A DNA stretch of 64,000 bases from Macrostomum lignano (taxonomy: Eukaryota). Where the stretch lies: NCBI GenBank assembly GCA_002269645.1, contig NIVC01002218.1, positions 1 to 64,000 on the forward strand, given 5' to 3'. Within the stretch, counting starts at the first letter, position 1. The number at the start of each line of letters is the position of its first letter. Both the position numbers and the translations under genes were made by a program. Positions 1-12,494 of this stretch are shown piece by piece. The notes beneath the pieces were generated by a model, which saw nothing but the letters and a program-made list of their open reading frames with translations, was not told the origin of the DNA and made no database searches.

Positions 1-314
1 AGTTTGAAAAAGAAAAATTAAACTTCAGAGTCAATTCACAGGTAGCGGACCAACTCCGTCGGGAGCCGTCAGCAAGCTGGCCAGCTGCACTCTAGACCAA
101 GCCACTGCATCTCGGTGCAAACGTTGGCCTGATTGGCCCATCTGTGGTTTAACTCGAGCAGCGAGTATGCAAACGCGCTGCTAGGCTGTAACAGTGTGGG
201 CAATTGAAATTCATTGTAAGGCCTGAATAGTGGCGTGCAAGTCTTCTCGCACTGGGAAGGGAGCTGTCAGGCGAAAGTGCCCTACGTGCACTAGATAGCG
301 CTGCAGATTAGCAA

Positions 315-3300
315 CTAGGTGGCGGTACTTGCTGCAACTTGCTCAGTCATTTTCGAGATAAGCTTGTTGTATTTGCTCCTAATGTCTTTGATCAAATTTG
401 ATTTAGCCACTCCATGCATCAAAGGCGGAACTTCAGCCATCAGGGATTCTGACCTTGCAATAGCTTGATGCTGCAGCAGTGTAGCCATAGGGGGTGGTAG
501 CAGTTGCCTGATGGGGGATCTCTTGGCTGGCAATCAGGGTTGCAATATGGCAAAGCCAAAGGTGTGGACTGGCGTGGTCCTAGGTGATGATTAGTGCTTG
601 ATTTTGGAATTTCGCTTAGCGAAGCGCAATAGTGGGTTTACTGCCTTTGGTTGGCGTTGAGCTATGGCAGGGGAGACAGGGATCCGGGCTTCAGCCTGCT
701 GTTTCATTAGATGGACTCGATTGCCAGACACCAATGAGGATGGAGGGCACACAACTACGGATAATGGTTGTGGCTTAGTGCTGGTGGGTTTGGGCTGGGT
801 CTGTTGGCATTTAGGGACTGGAAGCTTGTCAGTATCACTGTCAAATAGTTCTCCTTCACTAGGACTGAGGCTTAACTTATCTTGCAGCCTTTTTAACTCA
901 TCTTCACTAGCCATTGGGAATGATGCAAAGAATTCAAGATAGCTGTTGTGGGAGACAGATAACAGTGGGGAGCAAGTTTTTTAGTTGTGCAATCTCAGTT
1001 GAAGTGTTTATTCATCATTCCCTTTGTTCCTGGATTTTTTTAGATTCCTCATTTTTGTGACTCATTCTATTTTTCGTCTTCTTTAGGCTCTAGTTCCATT
1101 TTGGGTCAATTTTTTCTAGGGGGTACATTGGCATTGCCCGTGAGGAGTTCTTTGTGTAAAATTTGGGGTCTATTGTGCAATTGGGGATGGCAAAAGAAGG
1201 GTAGGAAGATTAAAATTGGAGGTTGCGCAACAGACTGAGGGCTGTTATTAAGCGCTTTAGATGACAGTTGTATCTGTGTTTGGCTTGGGTTGGGCACCTT
1301 AGATTGTAGGGGAGGGTGTGCGCGGGCTTGGGATCCAGCAGGCAGGAGAGGGAGGTAGGGGTTGAGGAATTTCCTCATTCAATGCTTTGCTTTCTAAAAA
1401 AAAGAGAAGGGGTATCAAGTAGTGCTATCCACAACTGTTAAAACATATGTGAAACTGTTAAAATGTATTTGTGACCTCGCTTGCTTTCTTTAGAAATTGG
1501 CCAATAATGTCTATATGCAGATGGTTGAAAGCTTCACCAATGGGGAATGATTAAATAGGGGCTTGCACAAAGTGACCTTTCTTACTTTCAAGGCAAGGGA
1601 TACACTCAGCAATTAACTGCTCAACTGAGGTGCTCAGTCCAGGTCACCAAAATCTGTCTCTTATTCTTTGGATTGTCTTATCTCTTCCTAGATATCCTGC
1701 GAGGGGGCTATAGTGTAGGTCAAAAAGACTGCTTTGTCTAGGGATAGGGGCAAAATGACTTTGTTCTTTCCATCTTCAGATATGGTCAGTAAATTATTGT
1801 CAATTCTCATGGCTTCGAAATTTCTACTTATCTTTTCTGGCACATCTGGTGTTTTGGGAAATTGGCTCAGTTTCTGATTCTTGGCTTCTAGTAGAGCTCT
1901 AATGATGGGTCAGCAGATTGGGCTTCTTGAATCTGTTCTTTCTTCAGGGGGCTGGGAAGATAATCTGTTAGCAACTTTTCACACTTTCCTGTCTCTTCTT
2001 CTTCTCTTTCTTCTACTTCTCTACATAAGACATTTAGCTTTGGCCTAGATTGGGGACATTCAGGCTGGGTCTCACTTTCTGTCAGAGCTTCAGGTGACTA
2101 AGACATGGGGCTGTCCTTAGTTTCAGCAAGAGCTTTTTACTTCTCAGGGGAACAGGGGTTACTTCTCAATTTTCTCAAGGATTGGCTCAGGGTTCTCAGA
2201 AATTATTCAGATGCTTCAGGGGCTTCAAAGATTGCTTCAGCAGGCTCAGGGGCTGCTTCAGGGACTTCAGAAACTTCAGGAGTTGCTTTATCAAGTTCAG
2301 GTGCTGCTTTAGGGAATACTTCAGGGGCTTCAGCTGTCTCAGCTGGTCGTTGCAACAATCCATTGGCATTGGAATGCTTTGCACTACTTCTGTGTTCAAT
2401 GTTGAACCTGAATTAATTTAGGCGCTCTATCCATCTACCTAAGATTCCAGTTGTTTCTATCTGTCTCATGAGCCAAATAATTGCTTTGTGGTCAGTTTGG
2501 GCTAAGAATTTCTTGCCGATCAGATAAAATATGAAATGCCTCATAGCATCGACAAGGGCTAATAATTCTTTCCAGGGTATCGCTTCTCTGATTCCTTCAT
2601 TGCTCTACTAAAATAGGCTATTGGTTGCTCTATGCCATCACTTTGGATTTGGCCAAGACATGCACCAATCCTGTCATCACTGGCATCTGTGTCGAGCACC
2701 ATCTTCACATTTTCATCTTTGACATATTTTGGGTAGGCTAACACTTTGGTAGACATCATTCGCTGCTTTAAGGCTTCAAAGGCTTCATCATGCACTTTGC
2801 TCCATTTAGATTAAAAATTCTGGACTCCTTTTCAAGTCAATTGAAATAGGGGATGATCATTAGCCACTTCAGCATAATTCTTCACAAATCGGTAATAATA
2901 ATTGCATAGGCCAAGAAAACTGCATAATTCATTTACGTCTTTGAGATGGGGCCAAGTTTGGATAGCTTCAATTTTCGTCTTGTCTGTTTGAATGCCTTGT
3001 TGGCCAATCGCGTGTCCTAAATATTTTAACTTGCATGAAAAAGATTGCACTTTTTGGGTATCAGCTTTAGACCTGTGGCAATTAGTCGCTTGAACACTTC
3101 TCTTAAGTGATCTAAATATTTGGCAAAGGATTGGGAATAGGTTATTATATCGTCTATATAGAACATGGTGTACTTGTGTTGAATTCCTAATAGGACTAAA
3201 TTCATTAGACATTGGAAGGTTCCGAGGGCATTGGAAAGTCTTTGGGCCATTACTTGATATTCAAATTGGCCTCTAGTTAGGGTAGAGAAGGCGGTTCTAT

Positions 3301-3930
3301 GCTTGTCTTCTTCTTTGATGGGGACTTGCCAGTATCCTGAATTAAGATCTAAACTGCTAAAGTATTGGCTACTAGTTAAGTGGGAGAAGGTCTCTTGGAT
3401 GTTGGGGAGGGGGTAGGAGTAATACTTAACTCTTGAGTTGAGCATGCGGAAATCGCTAACTATTCTAATGGAACCATCTTCCTTGTGGACAATTACTAGG
3501 GGGTAGAGTAAGTTGAATAACAGGGTCTAATTAGGTTTTTAGCTAACATATCGTCTAATTGGGCATCAACTTGCTTTTGCAAGTGCGGGGAGATATGTCT
3601 AGCTGGGATTCTAATGGGGGTGGGGTCTTTGATGGCGATTTTATGGGTTACTAAGTGTGTCAGGCCCATGTCAAGTTTATTCTAGGAAAAAGCTTCATGG
3701 TTTTCTTTCATAAGATCAATGATGGCTTTATACTGTTCATTTGATGATTCAGGGCCAAGGCTCACTTCATTAATCCATGAATCTTCTGTATATTGGGTCT
3801 GGTTAACTTTTGCAAGGGGTTGGGAGCTGGGGGGTTGGGTTTGCCAATAGGTCAGGTCTTTAGCTTTCATGGGTCTAGCTAGGCTAATTAGGGAAGTCTT
3901 GGAGGATTGGAAGATGCAGGATTGGAAGAT
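315..3930 (-). mobile_element. Degenerate Ty3/Gypsy LTR-retrotransposon pol remnant (RT-RNase H-integrase N-terminus), frameshifted
   Basis: RT motifs in ORF 3026-3445 (YFSSLDLNSGYWQV, RTAF, YIDD). Next RT part in 2832-3212 (KYLGH..., SFLGLCNYY). RNase H in 2559-2795 (LDTDASDDRIGACLGQ, PIAYFSR). Manual translation of ~1720-1500 gives PLAGYLGRDKTIQRIRDRFW*PGL...ECIPC and FNHLHIDIIG (integrase Zn finger and start of core). The order RT-RH-IN is Ty3/Gypsy type. Stops and frameshifts present; outer boundaries uncertain. Confidence 0.88.
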
Positions 3931-4320
3931 GATTTATTTACCGTATATTTTCTACCTATATATATATATATATATATATGAGTTCTAATAAATATGGCAG
4001 ACTATTTTAAACAAAGTTACATCAAACAAAAGAATAATAGCAAACATACAGTACTAAAATGAGTTACTGATTCATTTATACTTACTTTTTAAAGTGTCTA
4101 AAATAGTGATAAGAAAAATAGTGATTTTATATTGAAAACAAACAAAAATATATATTAAGGCAACTAATGAATAAGACTAAGAATGATTTCAAGGCAATAA
4201 TGAACAACATACAAAAAATAGGTTTCATATATTACAAAAACACAATGCTAGCACATGAAGATAAAATTGGCAAATAGTTATTCTCATTCAAAATTTCTTG
4301 GAGACAAAGCAATGCCAATT

Positions 4321-4664
4321 CAAGCCAGCTGCAGAAATAGCTGAAGGTGCTCTGATTGCCCACTCTCTGTGCGATGATTTAGGAATAAATCCTCCAACTG
4401 TTAAGCAGCAAGCTAGAAACACAAATAGATTTTGAGCTGGAAGTCAGCCCCAGCATCCAAGAAATCTCAAATTTGAACTGCAAGATGCGGCTCTTCCATC
4501 CAACTTTCTTACATGTAAGTCAGATCTCCATGTCGCCAGAACACAGAAGTGCCATCTGCTTTTTACCACGGATAAGCAGCTTGAAATCCTGGCCAACACA
4601 GAAACATGGTTTCTAGATGGCATATTCTACACTGTGATAAGACCCTTTATGCAGCTTTATTCCA
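4321..4664 (+). pseudogene. MULE/Mutator-like transposase fragment
   Basis: Manual translation: ...NTNRF*AGSQPQHPRNLKFELQDAALPSNFL...HLLFTTDKQLEILANTETWFLDGIFYTVIRPFMQLYS, resembling the W(F/Y)xDGTF...PFxQL segment of MULE transposases. One in-frame stop; followed directly by GTAAGT. Confidence 0.65.
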
Positions 4665-4707
4665 GTAAGTTTAGCTATGTACTATGCAAAGATTGCTGCT
4701 TAATCAC

Positions 4708-4998
4708 CTAGTCACTCACCCACTTAATTCACTTTTACCCAGCCACTCACCCATTTAATTCACTTTCACCCAGTCACCCACCCACTTAATTCACTTTTAC
4801 CTAGCCACTTACCCACTTAATTCACCTTCACCTAGCCACACCCACTTAATTCACTTTTACCTAGCTACTCACCCACTTAATTCACTTTCACCTAGCCACT
4901 CCCCTACTTAATTCACTTTCACCCAGCCATACCCGCTTAATTCACTTTCACCCAGCCACTCACCCACTTAATTCACTTTTACCCAGCCACTCACCCAT
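4708..4998. repeat. 31-bp tandem repeat (cacccagccactcacccacttaattcacttt)
   Basis: About 9 imperfect copies visible. Confidence 0.9.
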
Positions 4999-5123
4999 AA
5001 ATAATACATATAGCTAGCTAAGTGTAGTCATTTTTTGTAACTGCTTAAAGTATAGAAAAATCTATTTACAGCTTCATCACATTGTAAATGAGAGACTATA
5101 AGAATGACAAATATACAGTTGCA

Positions 5124-5295
5124 CATGCTTGGGCGCAACCTAGGGATTCACCCAGCCATTTCTATTGGCAACACACACATGTAAGTTGCTATTGGACAGA
5201 ATAGTAATCATGTGACTTCTCTCAGCCAATAGCGACTTACATGTGTGTGCTGCCAATAGAAACAACCGAGTGATTCACAAGGTTGCGCATGTATG
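5124..5295. mobile_element. 172-bp palindromic MITE (CATACATG/CATGCTTG ends), 8-bp TSD cagttgca
   Basis: The two arms are imperfect reverse complements. cagttgca lies at 5116-5123 and 5296-5303. A reverse-oriented copy is at 57638-57809. Confidence 0.88.
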
Positions 5296-5320
5296 CAGTT
5301 GCACTTGCAATTCTCCTATA

Positions 5321-6313
5321 TACTTGACTTGACTTACTTGACTTAGCTGCAGGGCAGTCCAAAGACGCAGTGGGGAGGCGAGCGTTGCCCATTCTGCTAA
5401 TCCCTGAAAGACCTGCATAGGCTAGTGTGCAGGGCCGGTCAGGGAGGTCTGCTGATCCTGTCTGCAGCATTGTCTTCTATGGGGAAGACGGAGGCTCGCT
5501 TGGTGGCCTGTAGGAACCAGATGAGCCGTGGGATGTTCTCGGGCAACAAACGTTGTCCAGGGACAAGTTGGGCCCAAGGTGGTTGAGCCGGTCTTGGTTG
5601 AAAGCCGGGCAGTAGCAGACAAAGTGCTTGGCATCTTCATTCTCAAGGTTGCAGAAAGGGCAGAGTTCATTCTGGCGGGCACTTCAGAGGAAACAGTGCC
5701 TGGCAAAGCAACTGTGACCTGTGAAGGCCATAGTGAGAGCGTGGATATCTTTTCAATTTTGGTTCAAAAGGATTCTCCGCAGCTTGAGGGACGGATTGGG
5801 CACTGCCGTACAAGATTGGCGACAGTTAGAGATACCATCCCATCTGCGCAAGTGCAGTATGTCTGCCCAGTTGTTAATCTGACAATTAATGAGTGTGGCT
5901 AGGATGGGGGCCAGGGGCACGGGGCCAAGGGGCAAGCTGGAATAGCCCACCTTAGTGAAGGAATCCGCAAGCTCGTTGCCTTTGAAGCCGGCGTGTCCTG
6001 GGATTCATGTAAGTCGGACAGTGTTCCTCCAAGCCAGCTTGTTGAGCTGCCCGAAACAGTCGCGGACTGTTCGGGAGTTCGTAGTGGTGTGACACAGGGC
6101 CTGTAAAGCGGCCTGGCTGTCAGAGTGGAAGAAGATTCTTCTGTCCTTGAAGTCCCTGCAGTGGAGCTCAGCTGCACAGGAGCTGATGGCAAGGACTTTG
6201 TTCTGGAAGACGCTGGAGAGTCTGCCAGTGTGTTGGGCCTGAGTAGCAATCACGTGGCCATTGATAAGGATACAGACTCCAAAGCCAGATAAGCCGTCTT
6301 TGGAGGATCCGTC
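5321..6313 (-). mobile_element. LINE copy B, 3' part (RNase H, C-terminal CCHC region, 3' tail), older and degenerate
   Basis: RNase H text ATQAQHTGRLSSVFQNKVLAISS...HSDSQAALQAL (ORF 6005-6253) closely parallels copy A but has stops. Ends in the same gcagctaagtcaag... tail as copy A. Continues at 12062 after copy A. Confidence 0.9.
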
Positions 6314-6419
6314 TGACTTGACTTAGCTGCAGGGTGGTCCGTAGACACAGCGGGGAGGCGAGGGTCGCCCATTCCGCTAGCCCCTGAAGGCCCGCAGACA
6401 GGCAGAGGCGTGGGGCCGG

Positions 6420-9400
6420 TCAGGGTGGTCCGCCGGTCCGTCCTGCAGCGTGATCTTCCGTTGGGAAGAAACTGGCTCGTCTAGTCGCCCGAAGGAACTG
6501 GATGAGCCGTGGGATGCTGTCGGGCTGGCAAACCTCGTCAATGGACGGGTTCGGCCCGAGGTAGCGTAGCCGGTCTCTGTTAAAGAAAGGGCAGTGACAG
6601 ACAAAGTGCTGAGCATCTTCATTGTCGCACTCGCAAAAGGGGCAAATTTCGCTCTCGAGGTCGCCTCGGAGGAAGCAGTGCCTGGCGAGGTAGCCATGGC
6701 CGGTAAGGGTCATGACAAGGGCTCGAATATCCTTCCGATTCTGGTTCAGAAGGATGTTTCTGAGCCTGTGAGACGGGCAAGGAACCGCGGCACGAGATTG
6801 CCGGCAGTTTTGGGTGCCCGCCCATCTGTCCCTGTGGAGGGAGTCAGCCCAGTCGTCGATCTGACGATTGATGACTGTCAAGGGCATAGGGACCAGGGGG
6901 GCAGGGCCGAAAAAAGAGCCAGAGCCGCCCCTCTTGGCGAGGGTGTCTGCCAGCTCGTTCCCCGGAAACCCTGCGTGCCCTGGGATCCACTTCAGCCTGA
7001 CAGTATTGCTTCTGGCCAGGAGGTTGAGCTGCCGGGCGCAGTCGGCGACTGTCCGGGAGTTCGTTGTGGTGTGGCAAAGGGCCTGTAAGGCCGCTTGGCT
7101 GTCGGAGTGGATGACAATAGTCTTTCCTCTCGTAACCTTGGCGTTCAGCTCTGCAGCGCAAGAGCTGATGGCAAGGACTTCGTTCTGGAAGACTGTGGAG
7201 AGTCTACCAGTGTGCTGGGCATGCGTGGCAATTACGCGGCCGTTGATGATGATGCAGACCCCAAAGCCGGCGCGACCGTCTTTGATGGATCCGTCCGTGT
7301 AGCAATGGACCTCCTGGAAATTCCAGTGGTCATTGGCAGCATCCCTAGAGGGGATGGTGACCTTGTAGCGCTGAAAGAGGTGTGAGAGTGCGGGGTTCGC
7401 CGTCAGATAGGACGTGGAGCCCGCCGCTGTCTCTCAAGTCCTTGAGGCAGAGGTCAGCGTGGGGCAGAAGCTTGCGCTTAGCCATGGCCCTATGGGGCTG
7501 GATTCGAATGCCAGCATCAGCTAGACGGCGGGCAGTCTTAGCCGCTTCCCTGCGGACAAAGATGTCCAGCGGAGGAATGTTGAGGAAGGCGTTGAGGCCA
7601 TCGTAGGGAGCAGACGGAGGGGCGCTCATGATCGTGCGACAAGCGCGCCCTTGCGCTCTCCTGAGAGCCTCTAGACAGGTCTTTATCTGCAGGGCGCTAG
7701 CCCAGATCAGGCTGCCATACGAGATAGCGGGCCTAACCATTGCAGTGTAGATCCACCAGAGGCGCTTGGGGGTGAGCCCCCAGGTGGTGCCGACAGCCCT
7801 GCGCAATTGCGCGAGGACTGCGAAGGCCTTTTTGGCTTTTGTTTGAACGTGGGGTGACCAGTTCAGCCTGTGGTCCAGGGTAATACCCAGACATTTAGTC
7901 TGCTTGCAGAAGGGGATTTCCCTTCCGTAAAGCGTGAGCGGCCGAATCTGCCACTTGGTCCTGCTGGTGAACATGATCGCTGCGGTCTTAGTCTCAGAGA
8001 GCCTTAAACCACAGCAGTCCGCCCATTGCTCAGCAGCGTAGATGAAGTTCTGAAGAAGGTCCCTGAGGGTATCAGGGGACGGACCAGATGCCACCGCGGT
8101 GACATCGTCCGCATATCCAACTTTCAGAATGGGGTCAGGCCGAACATCCCGGAGGAGCTCATCGATGACCATATTCCAGAGAACTGGAGACAGCACCCCA
8201 CCTTGCGGGCTACCTTTGCAGACGGGGACCGTCCTCTGGTAGCCCAGCAGACTGGCGGTGGCCGTGCGATGGCTGATCATGTACATGATCCATCTGGTGA
8301 GATGTGAGTGCGTTAGCCTCTCACAAAGAGCTCTTCGGAACGCCTCAAAGAGGACGTTATCAAAGGCGCCAATGATGTCCAGGAAGATCCCCAGAGCAAA
8401 GCCACTACCAAGCACGGCCTTCTCGAGTTTATCAACCAGGACGTGCAGCGCGCTTTCAGTGGAGCGACCCGCCCGAAAAGCATGCTGGTTCTTGCTGAGA
8501 GGTTTGTTCTTCAGCTCAACAGAGAGAAGGCGCCAAAGCACCAGTCTCTCCATCAGCTTGACCAGGGAGGAGGTCAAGCTGATCGGTCTGAAGGATTTGA
8601 TAGAATGGTAGTCCGGGCGGCCTGGCTTAGGGATAAAGATCACCTTTGCCTCGGTCCATGCCTGCGGGACATAACCAAGCGTGATGCATGCCCGAAGAAG
8701 GCTGCAAAGTTTGCGCAGGAAGCCTGGGCATTTAACCGCCTCTCTTAGAAGGGCCGGTACAATGCCGTCGGGTCCTGAGGCTTTGAAAGGCTTGAAGGAA
8801 TTTGCCGCTCTCACAATGCGGTCCTCCGTGATGATAGATGCAGCCAGCGCGTGACCTCCCTCCGAGTGATCCGGAGTGGTCTGGTTAGCTGGCTCGTTAG
8901 GGAAAAACGCAGTGAGCATTACATCAAGCGTTTCCCCTGGGTTGTCCGTGGACGTACCGTCGGTGCGTTTGACCGAGGAGAGCTTAGACATTTTGTCCAG
9001 CGTGAGCGCTTTCACAACTCTGGAGGTGGGGCGTGAGCCCTCTAGCTCCTCACAGTATTGTCGCCATTTTTGAGCCTTTGCATTCCTAACCTGCCTTTTA
9101 AACTCATGAATTGCTTCATGATAGGTGGTTTGGTCTGCAGGGCTCTTAGTTTTAGTTGCTCTGCGGTGGAGTCTCTTAGCCCTGCGACGGAGGTTGCCAA
9201 GCTCTGGATTCCACCACGGCGCCGATTTTTTCCCTTTATAGGCTTTTAAAGGGCAGGACGCCTCAAAGGCGGCAGTTAGCGTCTCTGTCAAAACAGTCGC
9301 GCACTCATCCGCCTCTCGGCACGACGTGATCGTGGATGGTTGGCCAGGAGACCGATGGAATTCCTTCAGGGCGAGCCCGAAGGTTTCCCAATCCGTATTT

Positions 9401-10123
9401 CTGGCGTTCCGTCTCCACATAACACGAGTTGCGCTACGCGGGCCATTAGGTTGAAGGAGATGAACTTGTGATCCGATAGTGAGGACACTGGAAGCACCCG
9501 CCATGCCCCAATACTCTGGTAGAGTCTGGGCGTTGCGAGCGTAGCGTCGATCACCTCCGACCACCGTCCGTTGTCAAAGGTAGGGGTGGACCCAGAGTTG
9601 CAGAACTCGAGGGTCGTAGAGGCAACGTAGGCTAGGAGGTCTTCGCCTCTCTGATTAATGCCAGTGCTGCCCCAGTGAGTGTGGTGGGCGTTGATGTCGC
9701 CGGCAACCATGAGCTCGTAGTTTTTGGCAGAGCAGAGCTCTACCAGCGTAGCGAGGGCTCTGGGACGACCGCAGCATCGCCTGGTAGGTAAACCGAGGCA
9801 ATGAGGGTGGTCTTCCCAGGAAGAAGGTCCTCGGATTGGATGACGCAGATGTCCCTGTTGGACAGGTCCGATCTGAGCCACGCACTGAGCGTTTTGCTCG
9901 CAAAGATGCAAGCTCTGGGAGGCTAGTTGGCCTCGCGAGGGTAAGTATAAAAACAATTGTAGCCAGCAGGTGCGTTTTGAGGCTTACCTCTGAGAGTCCA
10001 GGGTTCCTGGACGAGGATGAGCCCCGGCTTGTCGAGCTCGGCGTAACGCATAAGGTTGACCGAGGCTGCGACGCAGTGCTGCAGATTAATCTGCAGGCAA
10101 TGGATTCCCTGGTTGCTGATCAT
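6420..10123 (-). pseudogene. LINE A ORF2: apurinic endonuclease, reverse transcriptase, RNase H, C-terminal Zn knuckle; disrupted
   Basis: APE: LQINLQH, LVQEPW, AGDINAHH, IDATL, SDH. RT: FRPISLTS, FLDIIGAFD, GSPQGGVLSPVLWN, GYADD. RNase H: YTDGS, QNEV, HSDSQAAL, WIPGH, NELAD. Knuckle: CPFCECDNEDAQHFVCHC. One in-frame TAG (9923-9925) and frameshifts near 9755, 9450 and 7380. Confidence 0.92.
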
Positions 10124-10125
10124 TA

Positions 10126-11590
10126 TCACGCAGTTGGGGAATCGTTGAGCAGGTCATCCTCCTCCTTTTCAGTGGTGGGTGACCCGCAGACCTCCATGGG
10201 AGTTTCAGCGTCCTCAGCAGTTAGGGTGGCTGTGGAGTCCTCCGCGGACGTGAGCCCAGCGTGGACGTTACCGTCGCCTCTCCTGCGTGCTTCGGTGCTG
10301 TCACTGCCCGTCCCTTCTGCCTCGTCGGTCAGGTCGATGCGGGTGGCGCCAGCCTCCTGGTGAGTCACAGACTCGAACCAGTCGGTCGGAGCCTCCCCGT
10401 TTAGAGTCTGGCCTTCTGGCTGTTGGGGTGGAGCGCGAGAAGCGCGGGCCCGCTCACAATGCGCACGAAGGTTCTTGGCCTGGTCCAGCGCGCGCTGGAT
10501 CAGGCCGGACCTCCGGGTGCTCCTGGCGGGTCTGCGATTGCGATTTCCGGTTTCAGCAGCGCGAACTGCCTTACCGGGCATAGGATCGGCCGTTTGCCTC
10601 AGCTTCTTTGCCGGAGGAGCCTGGGCCCCAGTTCCGGTTTCGGAAGCTTTGGCATTCTTGGCTTCATCAGCTTTCCGCTCCTCGCAACGGAGGATGGTCA
10701 GCTGAGTCAGACCAATATGAATTGTGGACTTAGGCGGCAAGCGCTTAGCCCAGTCATCAGAGAGCCCTAGGATCACCGTAGCCCCCTTCTCCTTGCGGGA
10801 AGTGGCGTGGTGTAGGAGCCCGTTGACCTTAAGGTCGGGGTGCAGCTTTAGCAATATTTGCCTAAGCTGATCTCCGGACTTAATGGCACTGCTGGCCGGG
10901 ATCCAGACGCGAAAGCGCTGGGTCTTCTGTCGTTCGCCCTCGCTGGCGAAGACGAGCTTGCCGAGCTTCTTGGGCCAGTTCAGCTTTGGCAGAAGCTCGC
11001 GTAGATTGCGGCTGCTCTCCTCCGAGCTGCACCAGATGAAGATGCAGCTGTCGGTCTTGGCAGACTTGACCACGCTCACAGGGTGGCCCGCCAGGAGCTG
11101 GTCGATGAGCGCAGCATCGATGGTGCGCCAGGCACTGTCGAGCTCGTCGGCCGTGAGGTCCTGCTCTTCCCCGAAGACGATGACCGCCGGTTGGAGCTTG
11201 ACCTTTGAGGCGTAGTTGGTGGCGGTGGTTCCCGAAGGCCCGGCCGCGCTTGTAGCAGGTATACTGGGTGGCTCACCAGCGGGGGTTGTATCCTGGGGGG
11301 CAGGGGTTGCTGTGGTTCCTTTCGGCCCAACAGCAGCCTCGCCCTCCCTAGGTTCCCCTCCGCCGGTGGCCGCCCGCAGTACCCCGTAGTCGCCGTCGCC
11401 ACTCGTTGCGGCGTTGGTTGCGGGTGCGTCGGGCTTCAGCGGAGGGCCCGGTTGCGCGTGCGGGCATGTCACCAGCCAAGCCAGCAGCAAGCCCATCTGC
11501 CCCCGGTGGGGCGGCGCTGGTGCCAGAGTCACCGGCTGGAGTTGCCGGGGCCCCGGCTTCAGCGGGGGTTAAAGAGGCGGATGACGCCAT
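10126..11590 (-). CDS. LINE A ORF1 (gag-like position; Pro/Ala-rich N-terminus), likely one frameshift near 11450
   Basis: Long ORF 10126-11532. The likely ATG (MASSASLTPAEAG) at 11590 is in an adjacent frame. The stop TGA is followed 2 nt later by the ORF2 ATG (TGATAATG). Confidence 0.75.
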
Positions 11591-12061
11591 AGCTGAAAGC
11601 GGGAAGGAGTGAGCTGAGTCACAAAAGAAAGAGGAAAGAAGAAAAAGAAAAGGACCGCTAGCGACCGGACAACCCCCGGCCTTCCAGCCCATCGGCACGG
11701 TCAAACACCTTAGGCATTAGGGGGTACGTTAAGCAGTACCACGGCCTGCAGGCTGGCAAGCCAGACCCGCATACCCAAATTCGGCCGAAGCCACTGGATA
11801 GGTCGCCAGCGTCGGAGCCCAGTCTGTCCAGCAGCCCTAGGGTCTGCCTTGAACACACGCGGGGATGAGTACCCTGGGTCGACTTGTGAAACAGCGTGAG
11901 GGGGGGGGTCTGCGGCTGCCAGCGGCAAATAGCGGGTGCAGACCTCCCTCTCCAGCCTTGACCTGCTGAAGATAGGGGCAGGCGTGAAGCATCGCAGACC
12001 ATAGCCCTTAGGCCTGGTCTGTCTCATACTTCACTGGCGTGCTGAATACACCTTCGCGTGC

Positions 12062-12400
12062 GGAGGATCCGTCAGTAAAGCAGTTATTCTCCTGAGGGGC
12101 CCAGCTGTTGTTGGCGTTCTCCCTGGAGGGGATAGTGACCTTGAAGTGTTGGTAGAGACTGAGGGAGTGCGGCTCAGCATCCGACAGGACAGCCGCACTC
12201 CCACTCTCCTCCAGAACTTTAAGGCACAGGTCAGAGTGTGGCAGGAGCTTGCACTTTGCCATCGCTCTTTGTGGCTTGAAGCTAATGCCAGCTTCAATGA
12301 GCCGGCGGGTCATTTTAGCAGCCTCGCAACAGACAAAGATGTCCAGAGGTGGAAGGCAAAAAAAGGCGTTGAGGCCATCAAAGGGAGTAGAGAGCGGGTA
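12062..12400 (-). mobile_element. LINE copy B, 5'-truncated part (post-RT region up to the RNase H TDGS motif)
   Basis: PFDGLNAFFCLPPLDIFVCCEAAK...NNCFTDGSS parallels copy A. It rejoins 6313 in frame once copy A and one TSD copy are removed. Possible 7-bp TSD tcctata at 5314-5320 and 12401-12407. Confidence 0.88.
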
Positions 12401-12494
12401 TCCTATACACACAGCATGTGCATATATAGAGTTGAAATGAAACCAAGATCAAGGGAGATTAGGAAATCTTAGTGGGAAAGTTTTCAGCCTAAGA

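Larger units (their letters stand above)
6314..12061 (-). mobile_element. Full-length non-LTR retrotransposon copy A (ORF1 + APE-RT-RNase H-CCHC; I-group, probably Loa/Lian/R1-like), 5748 bp, 12-bp TSD
   Basis: TSD ggaggatccgtc at 6302-6313 and 12062-12073. Sense-strand 3' tail ...ctaagtcaagtca. ORF1 and ORF2 as described below. The clade call rests on domain content and remembered motif style, not on a tree. Confidence 0.93.

Noticed and set aside
7095-11612. Plus-strand ORFs overlapping the LINE
   Set aside because: Antisense shadows of GC-rich ORF1/ORF2 with no recognisable motifs.
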